Shown here: one piece after another, positions 1 through 12,443 of the stretch
Layout of the letters: every line of letters begins with the position of its first letter
Position numbering within the stretch: position 1 is the first letter of the stretch
From: Tortispora ganteri
Lineage: Eukaryota
DNA length: 64,000 bases
Assembly: GCA_003707115.1 (NCBI GenBank)
Contig: PPNB01000007.1
Location: 186,001-250,000 of the forward strand
Reading direction: 5' to 3'
Notes under the pieces: generated by a model
Database searches by the model: none
Seen by the model: only the letters and a program-made list of their open reading frames with translations
What the model was told of the DNA's origin: nothing
Made by a program: the position numbers and the translations under genes

Positions 1-1
1 T

Positions 2-3000
2 ATGATGGCCCATCGTGTTCGAGTTATGCCTTATTCCACATTCAGATTGAATCTGTCTGTCACTTCTCCATACAATGCTGATTTTGATGGTGATGAAATG
101 AATTTGCATGTGCCTCAATCTGAGGAAACACGCGCTGAACTTACTCAACTTGCTATGGTACCCTTACAAATCGTTTCACCCCAGTCCAACAAACCTGTTA
201 TGGGTATTGTCCAAGACTCGCTGTGTGGTATTAGAAAGTTAACACTTCGGGACACATTTTTGACCTATGAACAAGTGATGAATGTTCTTTTGTGGGTTCC
301 TGATTGGGATGGACAAGTTCCTATCCCTGCTATCATGAAGCCCAAGCCTCTTTGGACTGGTAAGCAGATTGTTAGTCTTTGCATTCCTAAAGGTATCAAC
401 CTTATTCGTATTGATGATAACAATCCTCTCAGCTCTCCAAAAGATAATGGTATGCTTATTGAAAATGGTGAAATAATTTTTGGAGTTGTGGATAAGAAAA
501 CTGTCGGTGCAACTGGCGGTGGACTTGTTCACACTATTATGCGTGAAAAGGGACCTCAGGTTTGCTGTAATTTTTTCACTGGTATTCAAATGGTTGTAAA
601 TTACTGGTTACTGCACAACGGATTTTCTATCGGTATCGGTGATACCATTGCTGACGCTGCGACTATGCGGGATATTACGAATACCATCACTGCAGCGAAG
701 GAAAAGGTTCAAGATATTATTCGTGATGCTCAAGAGAATCGTTTACCTGCAGAGCCTGGTATGACTCTGCGTGAGTCATTTGAGCACAAAGTATCGCAAA
801 CTCTCAATCAAGCTCGTGACACTACTGGTCGGTCGGCTGAAATGAGTCTCAAGGATACGAACAACGTTAAACAGATGGTCACAGCTGGATCTAAGGGTTC
901 ATTCATTAATATTTCTCAAATGTCTGCTTGTGTCGGTCAACAAATTGTGGAAGGTAAACGTATTCCTTTTGGTTTCAAGGATCGAAGTTTGCCTCATTTC
1001 ACGAAAGATGATTATAGTCCGGAATCTAAAGGATTCATTGAAAATTCTTATCTTCGTGGTCTTACTCCTCAGGAATTTTTCTTCCACGCCATGGCTGGCC
1101 GCGAAGGTTTAATCGATACAGCTGTTAAAACTGCTGAAACTGGTTACATTCAGCGTCGTTTAGTTAAGGCGTTAGAAGATATCATGGTTCAGTATGATGG
1201 CACTGTTAGAAATTCATTGGGAGCAGTTATCCAATTTGTTTATGGAGAAGATGGTTTAGACGGCGCACAAGTTGAGAAACAGACGGTCGATACTATTCCT
1301 GGCTCGGATGAAATGTTTGAATCGCGCTATAAGATTGATCTTATGGATCCTAAGCATACTCTAGACTTGAAATTACTGGAAACTGGAAGTCAAATCGCTG
1401 GAGATATAAAGGTGCAAGCTGTGTTGGATCAGGAATACCAGCAGCTCCTAGAAGACAGACGATTCTTGCGAACTGAAGTATTTAAGAACGGTGATAATAA
1501 CTGGCCTTTGCCTGTCAATATTCGCAGGGTTATTCAAAACGCTCGCCAGATTTTCCGTTTGGATGGCAATAAACCAAGCAACTTGACTCCTACTGAGATT
1601 GTTGAGCGTGTTCGTGAGACACTGAACAAGCTTGTTGTGGTTCGTGGTGAGGGTGATCTACTTTCTGAAGCGCAACAGAATGCCATAACGCTGTTCAGTT
1701 GTCTAGTTAGATCCCGTCTGGCTTGCAAGAGGGTCTTACAAGAATACAAACTAGATAGAGATGCTTTTGAATGGGTTTTGGGTACTATTTCGAGGCAATT
1801 CAATAAATCTCTGGTTGCTGCGGGAGAAATGGTTGGAGTACTTGCCGCGCAATCGATTGGTGAGCCAGCCACCCAGATGACCTTGAATACGTTCCATTAT
1901 GCTGGTGTCTCTTCGAAGAACGTCACGCTTGGTGTTCCACGTCTTAAAGAAATTCTGAATGTTGCTAAGAGTATTAAAACTCCCACTCTTACTGTTTACC
2001 TTGAAAAAGAATATGCGTCAGACATTGAGAAAGCTAAAACTATTCATTCAGCAATTGAGCATACGAATCTCGTCGATGTCACTGCCAAAACTCAAATTGT
2101 GTACGACCCTGATCCTAAAAGCACAGTTGTGCAGGAAGATTTGGATACTGTTGAATCTTTCTTCGATATTTACGATGAGGCTGTGGAATCAAAGCTCTAC
2201 ATGCACTCCCCCTGGCTACTGAGGTTGGAACTTGATCGTGCTAAAATGCTTGACAAGCAATTAACAATGAGTCAAGTTGCTGAAAAAATCCAGCAGGCAT
2301 TTGAGGATGAGTTGTTTGTTATCTGGTCAGAAGACAATTCAGAAAAATTGGTCATTCGATGCCGAGTTATGCGTGACCCTAAGATGCTGGATGAGGATTT
2401 AGACGCTGAAGAAGATCAAATTTTGAAAAGAATTGAGCAGCATATGTTGGAGAATATTACGTTGCGTGGCATTACTGGTGTCGATAGAGTATTCATGATG
2501 GAACATAAACTCAGCGAGCCTAATGTAACCGGAGATTATGAAAATAAGACTGAATGGGTCCTGGAAACGGATGGTATTAATTTACAAGAAGTTATGGCCG
2601 TCCCAGGAGTTGATGCTACTCGTGCTTATTCCAACTCGTTTGTTGAGATTCTGTCGGTGCTGGGAATTGAAGCTACACGCTCTGCCTTGTTCCAGGAGAT
2701 TCAGAACGTTATTGCCTTTGATGGTTCATATGTAAACTACCGACATATGGCTTTGTTAGTAGATGTGATGACATCTCGAGGTCATCTTATGGCCATCACA
2801 CGTCATGGTATTAACCGGGCTGATACTGGCGCTCTTATGAGATGTTCGTTTGAAGAAACAGTTGAAATCTTGCTCGAAGCAGCTGCTTCTGCTGAACTTG
2901 ATGATTGCAAAGGTGTTTCGGAGAACGTTATGTTAGGTCAACTTGCACCATTAGGCACGGGCTGTTTCGATGTTGCCTTAGATGAGCGTATGTTGAACAG

Positions 3001-3811
3001 TTTGCCTATGGATTCTGCACGTGTGCCTACATTTACAACCAGTAAAGAGTCTATGGACGGAGGCGCCACTCCTTATGATTCTCATTCTCCAGTCTATTCT
3101 GGGGGTGCTATTGGATCATTCGATTCCAGTGCTGCGTTTTCGCCCATTGTTGCGGCGGGTATGGATGACCGTGGTGGATTGTCTGAATATGGTGGATTTG
3201 GTATGAGTCCGTACGGTGCTGGTGCTGCTTCCCCGGGATATAGTCCTAGTGTATCTAGCTATGCTACAGGTGCTACTTCACCCATGGCATTTGGAGGTAC
3301 AAGTCCTGCATTTGGTGGGGGATATTCTCCTACTTCTCCGAAGTACTCTCCGACGTCGCCTTCGTATTCTCCGACATCACCTTCATACTCTCCGACGTCG
3401 CCTACATACTCTCCGACGTCACCTTCATACTCTCCAACCTCACCGTCGTACTCGCCTACGTCGCCCTCTTATTCTCCTACGTCGCCGTCGTATTCGCCTA
3501 CTTCTCCGCAGTATTCGCCTACGTCGCCGCAGTATTCGCCCACTTCGCCGCAGTATTCGCCTACGTCGCCTCAATACTCGCCTACGTCGCCACAGTATTC
3601 GCCTACGTCGCCTCAATACTCGCCTACATCGCCGCAGTATTCGCCCACTTCTCCGCAGTATTCGCCTACATCGCCTCAATACTCGCCTACGTCACCGCAA
3701 TACTCACCTACGTCACCGCAGTACTCACCCACGTCGCCGCAATATTCGCCTACATCTCCTCAATATTCTGCTACGTCGCCGAAGTACTCTCCTACTTCTC
3801 CAAAGCGCTGA
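2..3811 (+). CDS. RPB1: RNA polymerase II largest subunit (5'-truncated by the window edge)
   Basis: Catalytic NADFDGD motif, TQMTLNTFH, and C-terminal YSPTSPx heptad repeats. Confidence 0.99.
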   Translation: MMAHRVRVMPYSTFRLNLSVTSPYNADFDGDEMNLHVPQSEETRAELTQLAMVPLQIVSPQSNKPVMGIVQDSLCGIRKLTLRDTFLTYEQVMNVLLWVPDWDGQVPIPAIMKPKPLWTGKQIVSLCIPKGINLIRIDDNNPLSSPKDNGMLIENGEIIFGVVDKKTVGATGGGLVHTIMREKGPQVCCNFFTGIQMVVNYWLLHNGFSIGIGDTIADAATMRDITNTITAAKEKVQDIIRDAQENRLPAEPGMTLRESFEHKVSQTLNQARDTTGRSAEMSLKDTNNVKQMVTAGSKGSFINISQMSACVGQQIVEGKRIPFGFKDRSLPHFTKDDYSPESKGFIENSYLRGLTPQEFFFHAMAGREGLIDTAVKTAETGYIQRRLVKALEDIMVQYDGTVRNSLGAVIQFVYGEDGLDGAQVEKQTVDTIPGSDEMFESRYKIDLMDPKHTLDLKLLETGSQIAGDIKVQAVLDQEYQQLLEDRRFLRTEVFKNGDNNWPLPVNIRRVIQNARQIFRLDGNKPSNLTPTEIVERVRETLNKLVVVRGEGDLLSEAQQNAITLFSCLVRSRLACKRVLQEYKLDRDAFEWVLGTISRQFNKSLVAAGEMVGVLAAQSIGEPATQMTLNTFHYAGVSSKNVTLGVPRLKEILNVAKSIKTPTLTVYLEKEYASDIEKAKTIHSAIEHTNLVDVTAKTQIVYDPDPKSTVVQEDLDTVESFFDIYDEAVESKLYMHSPWLLRLELDRAKMLDKQLTMSQVAEKIQQAFEDELFVIWSEDNSEKLVIRCRVMRDPKMLDEDLDAEEDQILKRIEQHMLENITLRGITGVDRVFMMEHKLSEPNVTGDYENKTEWVLETDGINLQEVMAVPGVDATRAYSNSFVEILSVLGIEATRSALFQEIQNVIAFDGSYVNYRHMALLVDVMTSRGHLMAITRHGINRADTGALMRCSFEETVEILLEAAASAELDDCKGVSENVMLGQLAPLGTGCFDVALDERMLNSLPMDSARVPTFTTSKESMDGGATPYDSHSPVYSGGAIGSFDSSAAFSPIVAAGMDDRGGLSEYGGFGMSPYGAGAASPGYSPSVSSYATGATSPMAFGGTSPAFGGGYSPTSPKYSPTSPSYSPTSPSYSPTSPTYSPTSPSYSPTSPSYSPTSPSYSPTSPSYSPTSPQYSPTSPQYSPTSPQYSPTSPQYSPTSPQYSPTSPQYSPTSPQYSPTSPQYSPTSPQYSPTSPQYSPTSPQYSPTSPQYSPTSPQYSATSPKYSPTSPKR
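3323..3805 (+). repeat. Pol II CTD: 23 heptad repeats (21-bp coding tandem repeat)
   Basis: Counted in the DNA: 8 proximal heptads (K,S,S,T,S,S,S,S at position 7), 13 YSPTSPQ, then YSATSPK and YSPTSPK. Confidence 0.97.
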
Positions 3812-4048
3812 GAAGTTTAAAATACACGAAAAGGTAACAAGAATCCCCTTTGAACTATAACGACGTAATGTATAAGCGCGCTAGATCAGACAGTCGATTA
3901 CCGACCGTTGCTATGGATAATAGTGGCGTGGTGCGGCTGAGCCTCTATGCAGCAATAGTTTCCCGGAGAGGCGGGACACTTTTAACTACCTGTTTTTTCG
4001 CCGTATTTTTGTTGGAATTGTTATTGTATTTATTAGCAGAATTAGATA

Positions 4049-5044
4049 ATGCTAGGAGTAACTAGAAGACAAATTGGAAAGGCCAATGGCCGATTGGCGA
4101 CGCGAATGGTTAAACCTCAAGTTATGCGAACTACTGCCATTAGAGGAATTGCTTCTGGACCTGCCCATTCCGCTGTTACTGCTCGCAAACGAGGCTTCAA
4201 AATTGGTGCATTACTGCTCTCTGGAATTGCTGCATATGCAATTAGCACTAGCTCTGCGAAGGCTGAGAGCTCGAAAGCCGCATTACAAGGCGATTGGATC
4301 GATCTCAAGCTCGTTAAGACATGGGATGAATCTGAGAACACGAAGAGATTTCGGTTCGAATTGCCAGAGAAGGACCAAGTTAGCGGTCTTGTAATTGCAT
4401 CAGCAGTGCTTACCAAATTTGTCACCCCGAAGGGTAGCAATGTAATTCGTCCCTATACTCCTGTGACCGAAGTGGACACTAAAGGTCACTTGGACCTTGT
4501 GGTTAAGCACTATGAAGGCGGACGTATGAGTTCGCACATCTTCCAATTGAAGGAAGGCGATACTCTTTCGTTCAAAGGACCTATTCCTAAGATTCCGGTA
4601 GAATCGAACACCTTTAAGCACATCGTTATGATTGCAGGAGGAACGGGCATCACCCCTATGTTCCAAGTCGCTCAATCTCTTGTCAAGGATCCGAATTCCA
4701 AGACTAAGATCGACTTGCTCTACGGTAGTTTAACTCCGCAAGACATCATTTTGAAGAAGGAACTTGACGAACTGCAGGCTGCTTCTAAGGGCCGACTAAA
4801 CATCCACTACTTTGTTGACTCTGCTGGAACTGCCAAATTTGACGGCCATGTTGGTTTCATCTCTAAAGACTATGTTTCGAGTGTTCTTCCTGCCAACAAG
4901 GACGGCCTGAAGATTTTTGTTTGTGGTCCACCTGGACTCTACACTGCTATGTCCGGTAATAAGGTCTCACCTACTGATCAGGGCGACCTTACGGGTGCTC
5001 TCTATGACCTTGGATACACCAAAGACGACGTATTCAAGTTCTAA
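4049..5044 (+). CDS. MCR1: Mitochondrial NADH-cytochrome b5 reductase
   Basis: Arg-rich presequence plus hydrophobic anchor, RPYTP FAD motif, AGGTGITPM, CGPPG, C-terminal VFKF. Confidence 0.93.
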   Translation: MLGVTRRQIGKANGRLATRMVKPQVMRTTAIRGIASGPAHSAVTARKRGFKIGALLLSGIAAYAISTSSAKAESSKAALQGDWIDLKLVKTWDESENTKRFRFELPEKDQVSGLVIASAVLTKFVTPKGSNVIRPYTPVTEVDTKGHLDLVVKHYEGGRMSSHIFQLKEGDTLSFKGPIPKIPVESNTFKHIVMIAGGTGITPMFQVAQSLVKDPNSKTKIDLLYGSLTPQDIILKKELDELQAASKGRLNIHYFVDSAGTAKFDGHVGFISKDYVSSVLPANKDGLKIFVCGPPGLYTAMSGNKVSPTDQGDLTGALYDLGYTKDDVFKF

Positions 5045-5224
5045 GCGAGTGTAACTATGATGGTACAGGCGCTTTTATTGCGGCTGAATTGCACGAATCT
5101 ATTAATATAGTGACGTGTCGTGTAGTATCAAGCATACATTCTTTGTTTTACGTAACCGTTCACTAATGGGAATATACCATAACCATACCGTAAGGGAGAA
5201 ACTTAGAATTCGACTTTCTAGTTA

Positions 5225-5620
5225 ATGAACGATCAGACAAACGAGAGCGAATGGAATGCTAAACATTTCAGGTTGTTTGTAGGTAATTTAGGGCCTGATG
5301 TTTCTGATTCGGTCCTACAAGCAGCTTTTTCGAAGTATGGCAGTCTTGCGAAGGTCAAGGTGATCATGGATCACAGAACCAAGATGTCTAAGGGGTACGG
5401 GTTCATTGCATTTGAGCAGGCCGAAGACTACCTGAAAGCATTTAAAGAGATGAATGGAAAGTACGTTGGGGCGCGGCCAGTTACATTAAAGCGAGCTACA
5501 TCTGAATTGACGAACAAGTTAAAATCATCGACCTCACGCAGTAAGAAATCCATCGGCAGCGCTGAGAAAGTGCAAAAGTCCAACAAAGGCAAGACAAAGA
5601 AACTGAAGATATTAGGATAA
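5225..5620 (+). CDS. Single-RRM RNA-binding protein, RBM42-like
   Basis: FRLFVGNL (RNP2), KGYGFIAF (RNP1) and EMNGKYVG.RP, the last typical of RBM42; basic tail. Confidence 0.85.
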   Translation: MNDQTNESEWNAKHFRLFVGNLGPDVSDSVLQAAFSKYGSLAKVKVIMDHRTKMSKGYGFIAFEQAEDYLKAFKEMNGKYVGARPVTLKRATSELTNKLKSSTSRSKKSIGSAEKVQKSNKGKTKKLKILG

Positions 5621-5867
5621 TATGGGTGCTATGATATTTATCTATATAGAGATTTATATTTATAGCGATAACTATGTTGAATGATCGATTAATCATGCAA
5701 ATATGACATTCTATCAAGCAAACAATGCGCATTTGGGATATGGAGGTGGACCCAGACCAGGGCCTCTTCGGCCAGCTGAGAAAATCTTAAATTCCATCAA
5801 ACTCCACTAAAGTCAAAGAAGAGTAGAAGTATCTTATAAACGAGAAGGACTACTATTAAAAGCGAGA

Positions 5868-6329
5868 ATGGCACCCTCTCTTAAGGAACAGATTGAAGAG
5901 CAAAGTAGATTGCTGGATCAGTTACAAAATGAACGAGAAGTGATGAACATCGATCCTTCTAACATCAAAGCACCGTCGGTGAATATAGAACCGAGTTTTG
6001 GAGAGCGAATGGAACAGTACTTTGATAAGCACCCCGTAATCAGTTCAGGTGCCGGAATAGCGGGGCTTTTTCTGGTAGGATATGCCGTTGGAACAGTATG
6101 GAAGCCGGCTAAAGTGGCTAAATTTGGTAAAGGAGGATTTGACGCAAAGATGAACCGTAAAGAAGCTCTGCATATTCTAGGACTGAACGAACGAACTGCT
6201 ACAAAGAACAAAATCAAGGAATCACATAGAAAGATCATGTTATTGAATCATCCTGATCGTGGCGGTTCACCGTATCTAGCCACAAAGATAAATGAAGCGA
6301 AAGATTTCCTTGACAAGAATCGGTCATAA
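5868..6329 (+). CDS. PAM18: Mitochondrial import motor J-protein Pam18/Tim14
   Basis: TM segment, [30 protein letters not shown]-domain. Confidence 0.95.
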   Translation: MAPSLKEQIEEQSRLLDQLQNEREVMNIDPSNIKAPSVNIEPSFGERMEQYFDKHPVISSGAGIAGLFLVGYAVGTVWKPAKVAKFGKGGFDAKMNRKEALHILGLNERTATKNKIKESHRKIMLLNHPDRGGSPYLATKINEAKDFLDKNRS

Positions 6330-6816
6330 GAAAGGATTTCATGCTAAAAAAAGAGTTGTATATAGTCTGTTGATTAACTAGATAACTATACAATCAGATG
6401 TATTACAAACTAAAGATTACTATGTATAATTAAAACAGCAATAAGTCGTGATATTCATAAACATAATAGAAAAAAAAAATAAAAGATAAGAAAAGACACA
6501 AGTGAATAGTAGAGCTGAATGAAACATAAAGGAGAGCGGTCTATTTCATCAAATACAGCACTTAATGAGAGTCAACTGTTCTATTCAAATGCCATTCGTT
6601 TCACTGCCAAAGCTTGGTGGTCGCAGACTATGATTATTTTACACCAGCGCGTTTCTCAGCCGACTTTCAAACCTGGACAATAGATCTTAAGATGAATACC
6701 AATAGTCCATCGCAGCAGGTAAAAATGCGTTAACTTTGATCAATAGTCTAGTTCACCTTTTTTAGTTTTATTTAGAGCCTATTTCTTTTTCTTCGCTTTA
6801 TTTTTCTAGACATCCT

Positions 6817-7329
6817 CTAGTCCATCTGACCAAAGAATGCTGGCTCCCCTTCATTCTCATCAAGATCCATATCGACATCATCAAAATCAGCATCCGCAAC
6901 ATCAGATGAACCATCTCTAATTAAACTAGGTACAGAGCTTGAGACGGCTTCATCGCCAGAGTGTTCGTCAGTCATAGACACCAAAATAGACGCAGCTTCA
7001 AGTAGCTGCACTTGCTGGTGCTTAGAGAGCGGCAGACTAGAAGTCATGGCCCATTCGGGGGTGTGTTCCCATAAGTGTTTTGTCAAGCAGGATATGTGCT
7101 TGTAACCCTTTCCACAAGCGTCACATTTGAGCTCCTCTTTGAGTCTGCCAGAGTCGCCTTCGGAAATGCGACGTCTAATGAGCTGTTTGCTCAGGCTAGA
7201 CATTTTCTCAGAGGGGCTCGATAAAGGAAGTGAAGAGAAAGGCGACGGTGAGGAAAATGGGCTTGCTCCCCTAGGAAGTAGCTTGCGACGCGTCTTTTCG
7301 CTTGCTGCAATACTAATAGCAGCGGTCAT
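6817..7329 (-). CDS. C2H2 zinc-finger protein (fungal, uncharacterised)
   Basis: CDACGKGYKHISCLTKHLWEH finger followed by SKHQQVQLLEAASILV. The first ATG is at 7329; the ORF track starts at an upstream TTG. Confidence 0.8.
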   Translation of the reverse strand: MTAAISIAASEKTRRKLLPRGASPFSSPSPFSSLPLSSPSEKMSSLSKQLIRRRISEGDSGRLKEELKCDACGKGYKHISCLTKHLWEHTPEWAMTSSLPLSKHQQVQLLEAASILVSMTDEHSGDEAVSSSVPSLIRDGSSDVADADFDDVDMDLDENEGEPAFFGQMD

Positions 7330-8511
7330 GATTGAAACAAGTGGTGTGGTGCGGGGCAGCGAGGTTGGGCAATAACTAAAAGACACAAGCAATAATAGTG
7401 CAGGTCTATGGGCAAGTACTTAGAGGAGAAATAAAATAATTTGCCAGAAATATTGCAATGCTCAGTTTATAAACTGTTAGTCTCCTTTTTTTATCGCACA
7501 AAAGTTGCGGGGTTCTGTGATATCAAAAATAGCGATTATAGAAGTGTCAAGGAATATGAGCAATTAGAAAAGTCTAGATAGTAAATTATATAATCGCGAA
7601 ACTCAAAGAGTTTCTTTTGCTCATACCCTTTTAATTTCCAGTATAGTTAGTCGAATAAAAACTCTATTTAAGTATAAAGTAACCTCATATGCTAAACTCC
7701 TCGATCGTTTTCCCCCGCGCTCTTATTTGGTCTAATAAATTTATGACAGAGCTTGAGCTGTATATTAAAAATACTAATTCAGTCAGGCTTCTCCTACACT
7801 TTCAGCTCTACATAAATTGTGCTCACTTTATCAAAACTGTTCGCTAGCTGGTGCAAAGAAGCTCTCATTTGCACCAGCAGTTAATACAGAAATGACGTAA
7901 TTTTCGCAAGAGTACTTTTCTATCTCAGATCACGGAAGAAAGTCTATTTGAAGTTCCACTAGTGCAAAGCCTCGACCATACCAAAACAAACTTTAATATG
8001 ATTTCTGACCTCGTGATTACTTCTCGAACCCAGATAGTCTTACATTTAAGCAGCTGGTATGGCACTGTTACCTTCTAATGATTTCTTTTAATTTCCGCTA
8101 AATATTCTCATGAGTGCGTGACTTGTGCTGGACTGTCACTAACTGTCAAAAATCTCTACAGCTGGTCGATATTCTGCATCTTGAGTATGCGTCATATCAC
8201 GCATGCACGCTATAATTACTTTTACCTAAACACACATGCGTCTGCAACTGCGCGCGTACTCTTCAAGAATCTTTTTCATGAATAGTTGACTACTGTTAAA
8301 CGCAATCCCGTAGCTCCATGAAATATCTTGACTTCAGCGGTAGTTTAATGGCTAGTGGACTCTGTGTAGATCATTCGTATTAAAACCCTGTTAACCCTAC
8401 TTTCTTGTTTGGGATAACATGCTTACTGGGCAAACATGCACACTAACTACAACCAAACAAAGACAACATTTTCGTTCCTTGAACCCTCCGGCTGCCAAAA
8501 AATACTCGAAA

Positions 8512-9552
8512 ATGGCTGAATCGCGACAAGAATTGATTGCATGGGTATCTGAGTTATTGGATATTACTTTAAATAAAGTAGAGGAACTTGGTACTGGCGC
8601 CGCATACTGTCAGATCATAGATTCCATTTACGGTGACGTTCCAATGAGCAAAGTCAAGTTTAACGCATCATCTGAGTACCAATACATCAATAACTACAAA
8701 ATACTCCAAGCAGCCTTTTTAAAACATAATATAGACCATCCGGTTCCTGTAGAAAAACTCATAAAATGCAGGTTTCAGGATAACCTAATGTTTCTTCAAT
8801 GGATTCGAAAATACTGGCTAGATATGGCAAGTGGGAATGAATACGATGCTGTTGGTCGTCGTCAAGGTGCAACTTCTGGTAATAATACCGCTGCCAGGAT
8901 GCCACCTGCTAGAGCTATTTCTGCTGCTCGACCGACTGCACGAGTTCCGTCAGGGTCGATACGACACGCACCCTCAGGTGTTACCACCTCTCCGGCTAAA
9001 CCACCGATAAAACCAGGCCTAACTAGGCCCACATCGGCTACTAATGGGCACTCAACCTCTAAAATGTCTCGAGCTTCTGCACCGGCTGGCCCTGCTGTTG
9101 TAACTCTTAGAAAAGAGCTAGACGCTGCTTATGAAGATATCGCTAGGCTCAGCGAAGACGTAGAAAGCTTGCGAGAATCAGTAATCACGATGGAGACCGA
9201 ACGCAATTTCTACTTTACTAAATTAAGAGCAGTTGAATTGTTAATACAGCAGCTCGAAGAAGCTGAGCAATTACCTGCAGAGGCCAAAAATGAACCGGAT
9301 ATATTCTTGCGCACTGGGGTTCCATTGTCTGAAGATGCCAGACAGCTTAAAGACCGGGTCTTAACTATATTTTATTCTCCTGAACAGATATCCGACCCCA
9401 ACGAACTGATCGTCACAACGGCCGGCCACACCCCTGCTGAACTCACTACCGCTGCAGAAGACACTGCGCATCAGTTCAACGATCTGTCGCTCGACGGTGC
9501 TCAAGAAGTCACAGCCCATATAGAGACGAATTCTTCTGATGATGTGTTCTAA
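8512..9552 (+). CDS. BIM1: EB1-family microtubule plus-end-binding protein
   Basis: N-terminal CH domain (ESRQEL..W, GAAYCQI, KCRFQDNL.FLQW) and EB1 motif ERNFYFTKLR. Start placed at MAESRQ. Confidence 0.95.
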   Translation: MAESRQELIAWVSELLDITLNKVEELGTGAAYCQIIDSIYGDVPMSKVKFNASSEYQYINNYKILQAAFLKHNIDHPVPVEKLIKCRFQDNLMFLQWIRKYWLDMASGNEYDAVGRRQGATSGNNTAARMPPARAISAARPTARVPSGSIRHAPSGVTTSPAKPPIKPGLTRPTSATNGHSTSKMSRASAPAGPAVVTLRKELDAAYEDIARLSEDVESLRESVITMETERNFYFTKLRAVELLIQQLEEAEQLPAEAKNEPDIFLRTGVPLSEDARQLKDRVLTIFYSPEQISDPNELIVTTAGHTPAELTTAAEDTAHQFNDLSLDGAQEVTAHIETNSSDDVF

Positions 9553-10094
9553 TAGTTATTCTGATGTTTCAGTTATATATCTTTTTTATGTCTCTTTGCA
9601 ACCAAATGGTTTATGGAACATGCGACAAGGAACGTGTGACACAGAAGATACGATCAGGTGCATACGATAAGGTAAGATGCATCTATCGTTTGTGCCAGTT
9701 TCTTAACGACTTTGAGTATTACTATTTCACAGTGGAACAGATGGTATACGATTGTCTATTGCATTGGATAAATATTATTGGTTCCTTATCACGTGGAATA
9801 TGACTATGGACGGCTGATTAGACTTAAGCGCAACTTTTGCGCTAGACTAGTTGCAATTTTTTACAGCTATTTAGTTCAAGCAATACTCATTTCATTTCGC
9901 ATCTTCTTATATGAATCAGAAGAATACGTAAATCGTAGTGATGAATGCTACTTTTGCCAGCAGCTGGACAACAGTGTACTTGATGACAGAGGTACGGCAG
10001 GGTAACATCCCACCAACATCGAATCAATACAAACAACAAATAGTCACGGAGAACCGGGTTGAGAGATTATAACAGACCAATTCATAGCGATATA

Positions 10095-10889
10095 ATGAAT
10101 AGAAATGCAGCATCACTAAACGCTAGATCATTAATTGATTTGCAGCTAGATTCTTTTCTTAGTTCAAAAACGAGAATATTCGGATCAGGCGTAGTATCGG
10201 GAGTTATGCTAGCAATACTCTTTCCTGGATTTCTTGAAACGATGCGAACGCTAGTGAATGCCATAGAGGTTGTTCTTTTATGTTCTATATTCTTTTATAT
10301 TTTACGAAAATACTCTGCTCAACAGGTGGCCAATCAAAGCGGTTTGGTTCCTCGTTTAATGTCAAAACCAAAAGCCTACAGATCAACTGGAAGGATCATT
10401 GAAGAACTGGATCAACCCCCACAGCTAGTATTTGCATCATCGGCCCCAGCTTCAATCCCGACTCGGACCTCGCCAGCAGTTAGCAATTGGCAGACAGAAT
10501 CAGTTGCAGACTCAGACGAGACTGAAAGTGTCACTGCTCCGTCGATATCGGATGACCCTCACCGGATTACAGTCAAGCTACAAAAGATAAGTGCTTTCGC
10601 GGACGGGAAAGAGTCTACGGTGGCAGAACCTACATCAGCAGAATTCGATAATGCAGGAGTGGTATTGAAGAATTCTAAGAAGCATATCAGAATTGCATCT
10701 AATGTGATTAAAAGTGTATTAGCACGCTTGGGTTCCATTGTCATCAATACTGCAACGAGCAGACTAGAGTTGCATTTTGCTGAAAATGATAAATTCCTTA
10801 TAGCCCGCGCTGCAGTGGTTCTAGATAGTGCAATCGAACAGTCAAAGGAAAATCGTGCTATCTCTGGTAAAAGTAACACGTTAAATTGA
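10095..10889 (+). CDS. Hypothetical membrane-anchored protein
   Basis: 264-codon ORF from the first ATG; two N-terminal hydrophobic segments, S/P/T-rich linker, C-terminal globular-looking region. No family recognised. Confidence 0.6.
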   Translation: MNRNAASLNARSLIDLQLDSFLSSKTRIFGSGVVSGVMLAILFPGFLETMRTLVNAIEVVLLCSIFFYILRKYSAQQVANQSGLVPRLMSKPKAYRSTGRIIEELDQPPQLVFASSAPASIPTRTSPAVSNWQTESVADSDETESVTAPSISDDPHRITVKLQKISAFADGKESTVAEPTSAEFDNAGVVLKNSKKHIRIASNVIKSVLARLGSIVINTATSRLELHFAENDKFLIARAAVVLDSAIEQSKENRAISGKSNTLN

Positions 10890-10901
10890 ATGTCGATAAG
10901 T

Positions 10902-11387
10902 TTAAGAGAATTGACGTCTGTCACTAAGAACACGGGAAATATCACCTTCACCTGCAACTGCCATAAGTTTTTCGAAATACGAGAGGATGATTCCAGTAGT
11001 AGTGCCACCAGACCCCGAAGTTGGTGCGGCGCCGTATCGTCCAGCGGATGGTGTGGCTATGGGAGGATGAGCCATTGACCAGTAAAGGTACTTCAATAGA
11101 ACATCGCGCTGGTTTACATCCATTGATTTAATTACAGAAGGTATCTCTGAAGACTTTACCGACACTATAGCGGCGGAAACTGCAGAGAGGAAAGCCGATT
11201 TCGCCGGCTCGGAGATGCCGTATGGTGGGGTATCAACAGCTTGCATGATAGCGCCTACAGCGTCACCCCGCGATGCTTTTGATTTTATATCATTAGCCCA
11301 CGATTGAAAATCGCTGCTTGAATAGCTACTTATTTGTGCTGCAGGTTTTTCAAGAGGCTCGTCAACTACTAAAGTCCTGAAATCCAT
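10902..11387 (-). CDS. ARC15: Arp2/3 complex subunit 5 (ARPC5)
   Basis: MDFRT start, PPYG, LLKYLYWSM, EKL...G.G.ISRVLSDRR C-terminus. Confidence 0.9.
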   Translation of the reverse strand: MDFRTLVVDEPLEKPAAQISSYSSSDFQSWANDIKSKASRGDAVGAIMQAVDTPPYGISEPAKSAFLSAVSAAIVSVKSSEIPSVIKSMDVNQRDVLLKYLYWSMAHPPIATPSAGRYGAAPTSGSGGTTTGIILSYFEKLMAVAGEGDISRVLSDRRQFS

Positions 11388-11831
11388 AGCTGGTAATCGA
11401 AGTGGAAGTGTTTGGGAATGGTTCAGTGAGAAGTTCAAGAAACTAACTTAGTGGGGGCAAGAGTAGGAAATATTTCCAACATTATGATTACTATTACTAG
11501 TATGGAAGTGCGAAAGCAAATTATTTTACACACATACAGACAAAAAAAAAATATGGGTACTTTCCGTAGAAGCTGTGAATGATTAATAGAGGGGTCTATA
11601 GGCATATGGCAAACATGTGGAGCCATAAGAGATAAGTAACCAGAGTCGCGGAAGAGAGACACAGATAAGACAAAGATACGAGAAGGGAGAGCGGAGGAGA
11701 TTGCAATGTTTGAGATAACAAACCGAATGCCGGTGCTAGTGAGTAAATTAGCATTGTAGAAGGTATAATCCACAAACCATTGTAGATACATATATAAACA
11801 TGGCATCAACGATATAAAAAACAGAATAAAT

Positions 11832-12443
11832 CTAGCAGGCGCAATTAGCCTGTTTGTTCGGTGCAGCGCCTAGATCGATATGATCCGGAGTTTCTTGAGC
11901 AGCTGCAGAAGCGGCGGCAGGCTCTGGAAGTTTGCTAGCAAGAGCGGTGAATACCTCCTGTACGTTGCTTCCTGTTTTGGCGGAAGTCTCAAGGAAGAGC
12001 AAGCCCTCATCATCCGCAAGAGCCTGACCTTCAGCGGTAGCCACACGAGGTCCATTATCGTCGCTGGCAAGATCGACTTTGTTGCCGACTAAAGCAATGA
12101 CGATATCGGGGCTAGCCTGTGCATGAAGTTCTGACACCCAGTGACGGGCCTTTACGAATGAAGCCGGTTTGGTGACATCGTAGACCACAACAGCAGCCTG
12201 AGCATTTCTGTAGTACATCGGAGCAAGCGAAGCAAACCGCTCCTGGCCGGCGGTATCCCATATCTCGAATTTGATTGTTCTATTTGGCAGCTGACATTTT
12301 TGGGTCAGAAAAGCTGCGCCGATTGTTGGCTCCTTATGCTCCTGGAACTCATTCGAGACAAATCTTAATACAAGCGAAGACTTTCCTACTGCTGCTTCGC
12401 CCAATAGAACAAGTTTTACTGATGTCTGCGGTTTTGCGTCCAT
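11832..12443 (-). CDS. VPS21: Rab5-family GTPase
   Basis: [39 protein letters not shown] prenylation end. Start placed at MDAKPQ. Confidence 0.92.
   Translation of the reverse strand: MDAKPQTSVKLVLLGEAAVGKSSLVLRFVSNEFQEHKEPTIGAAFLTQKCQLPNRTIKFEIWDTAGQERFASLAPMYYRNAQAAVVVYDVTKPASFVKARHWVSELHAQASPDIVIALVGNKVDLASDDNGPRVATAEGQALADDEGLLFLETSAKTGSNVQEVFTALASKLPEPAAASAAAQETPDHIDLGAAPNKQANCAC

Noticed and set aside
3323..3805. Regular short repeats that could suggest a CRISPR array
   Set aside because: No spacers; this is the coding CTD of a eukaryotic RPB1.
3216..3860. Arg-rich overlapping ORFs (3216-3860 +, 3440-3679 -)
   Set aside because: Alternative-frame artefacts of the 21-bp CTD repeat.
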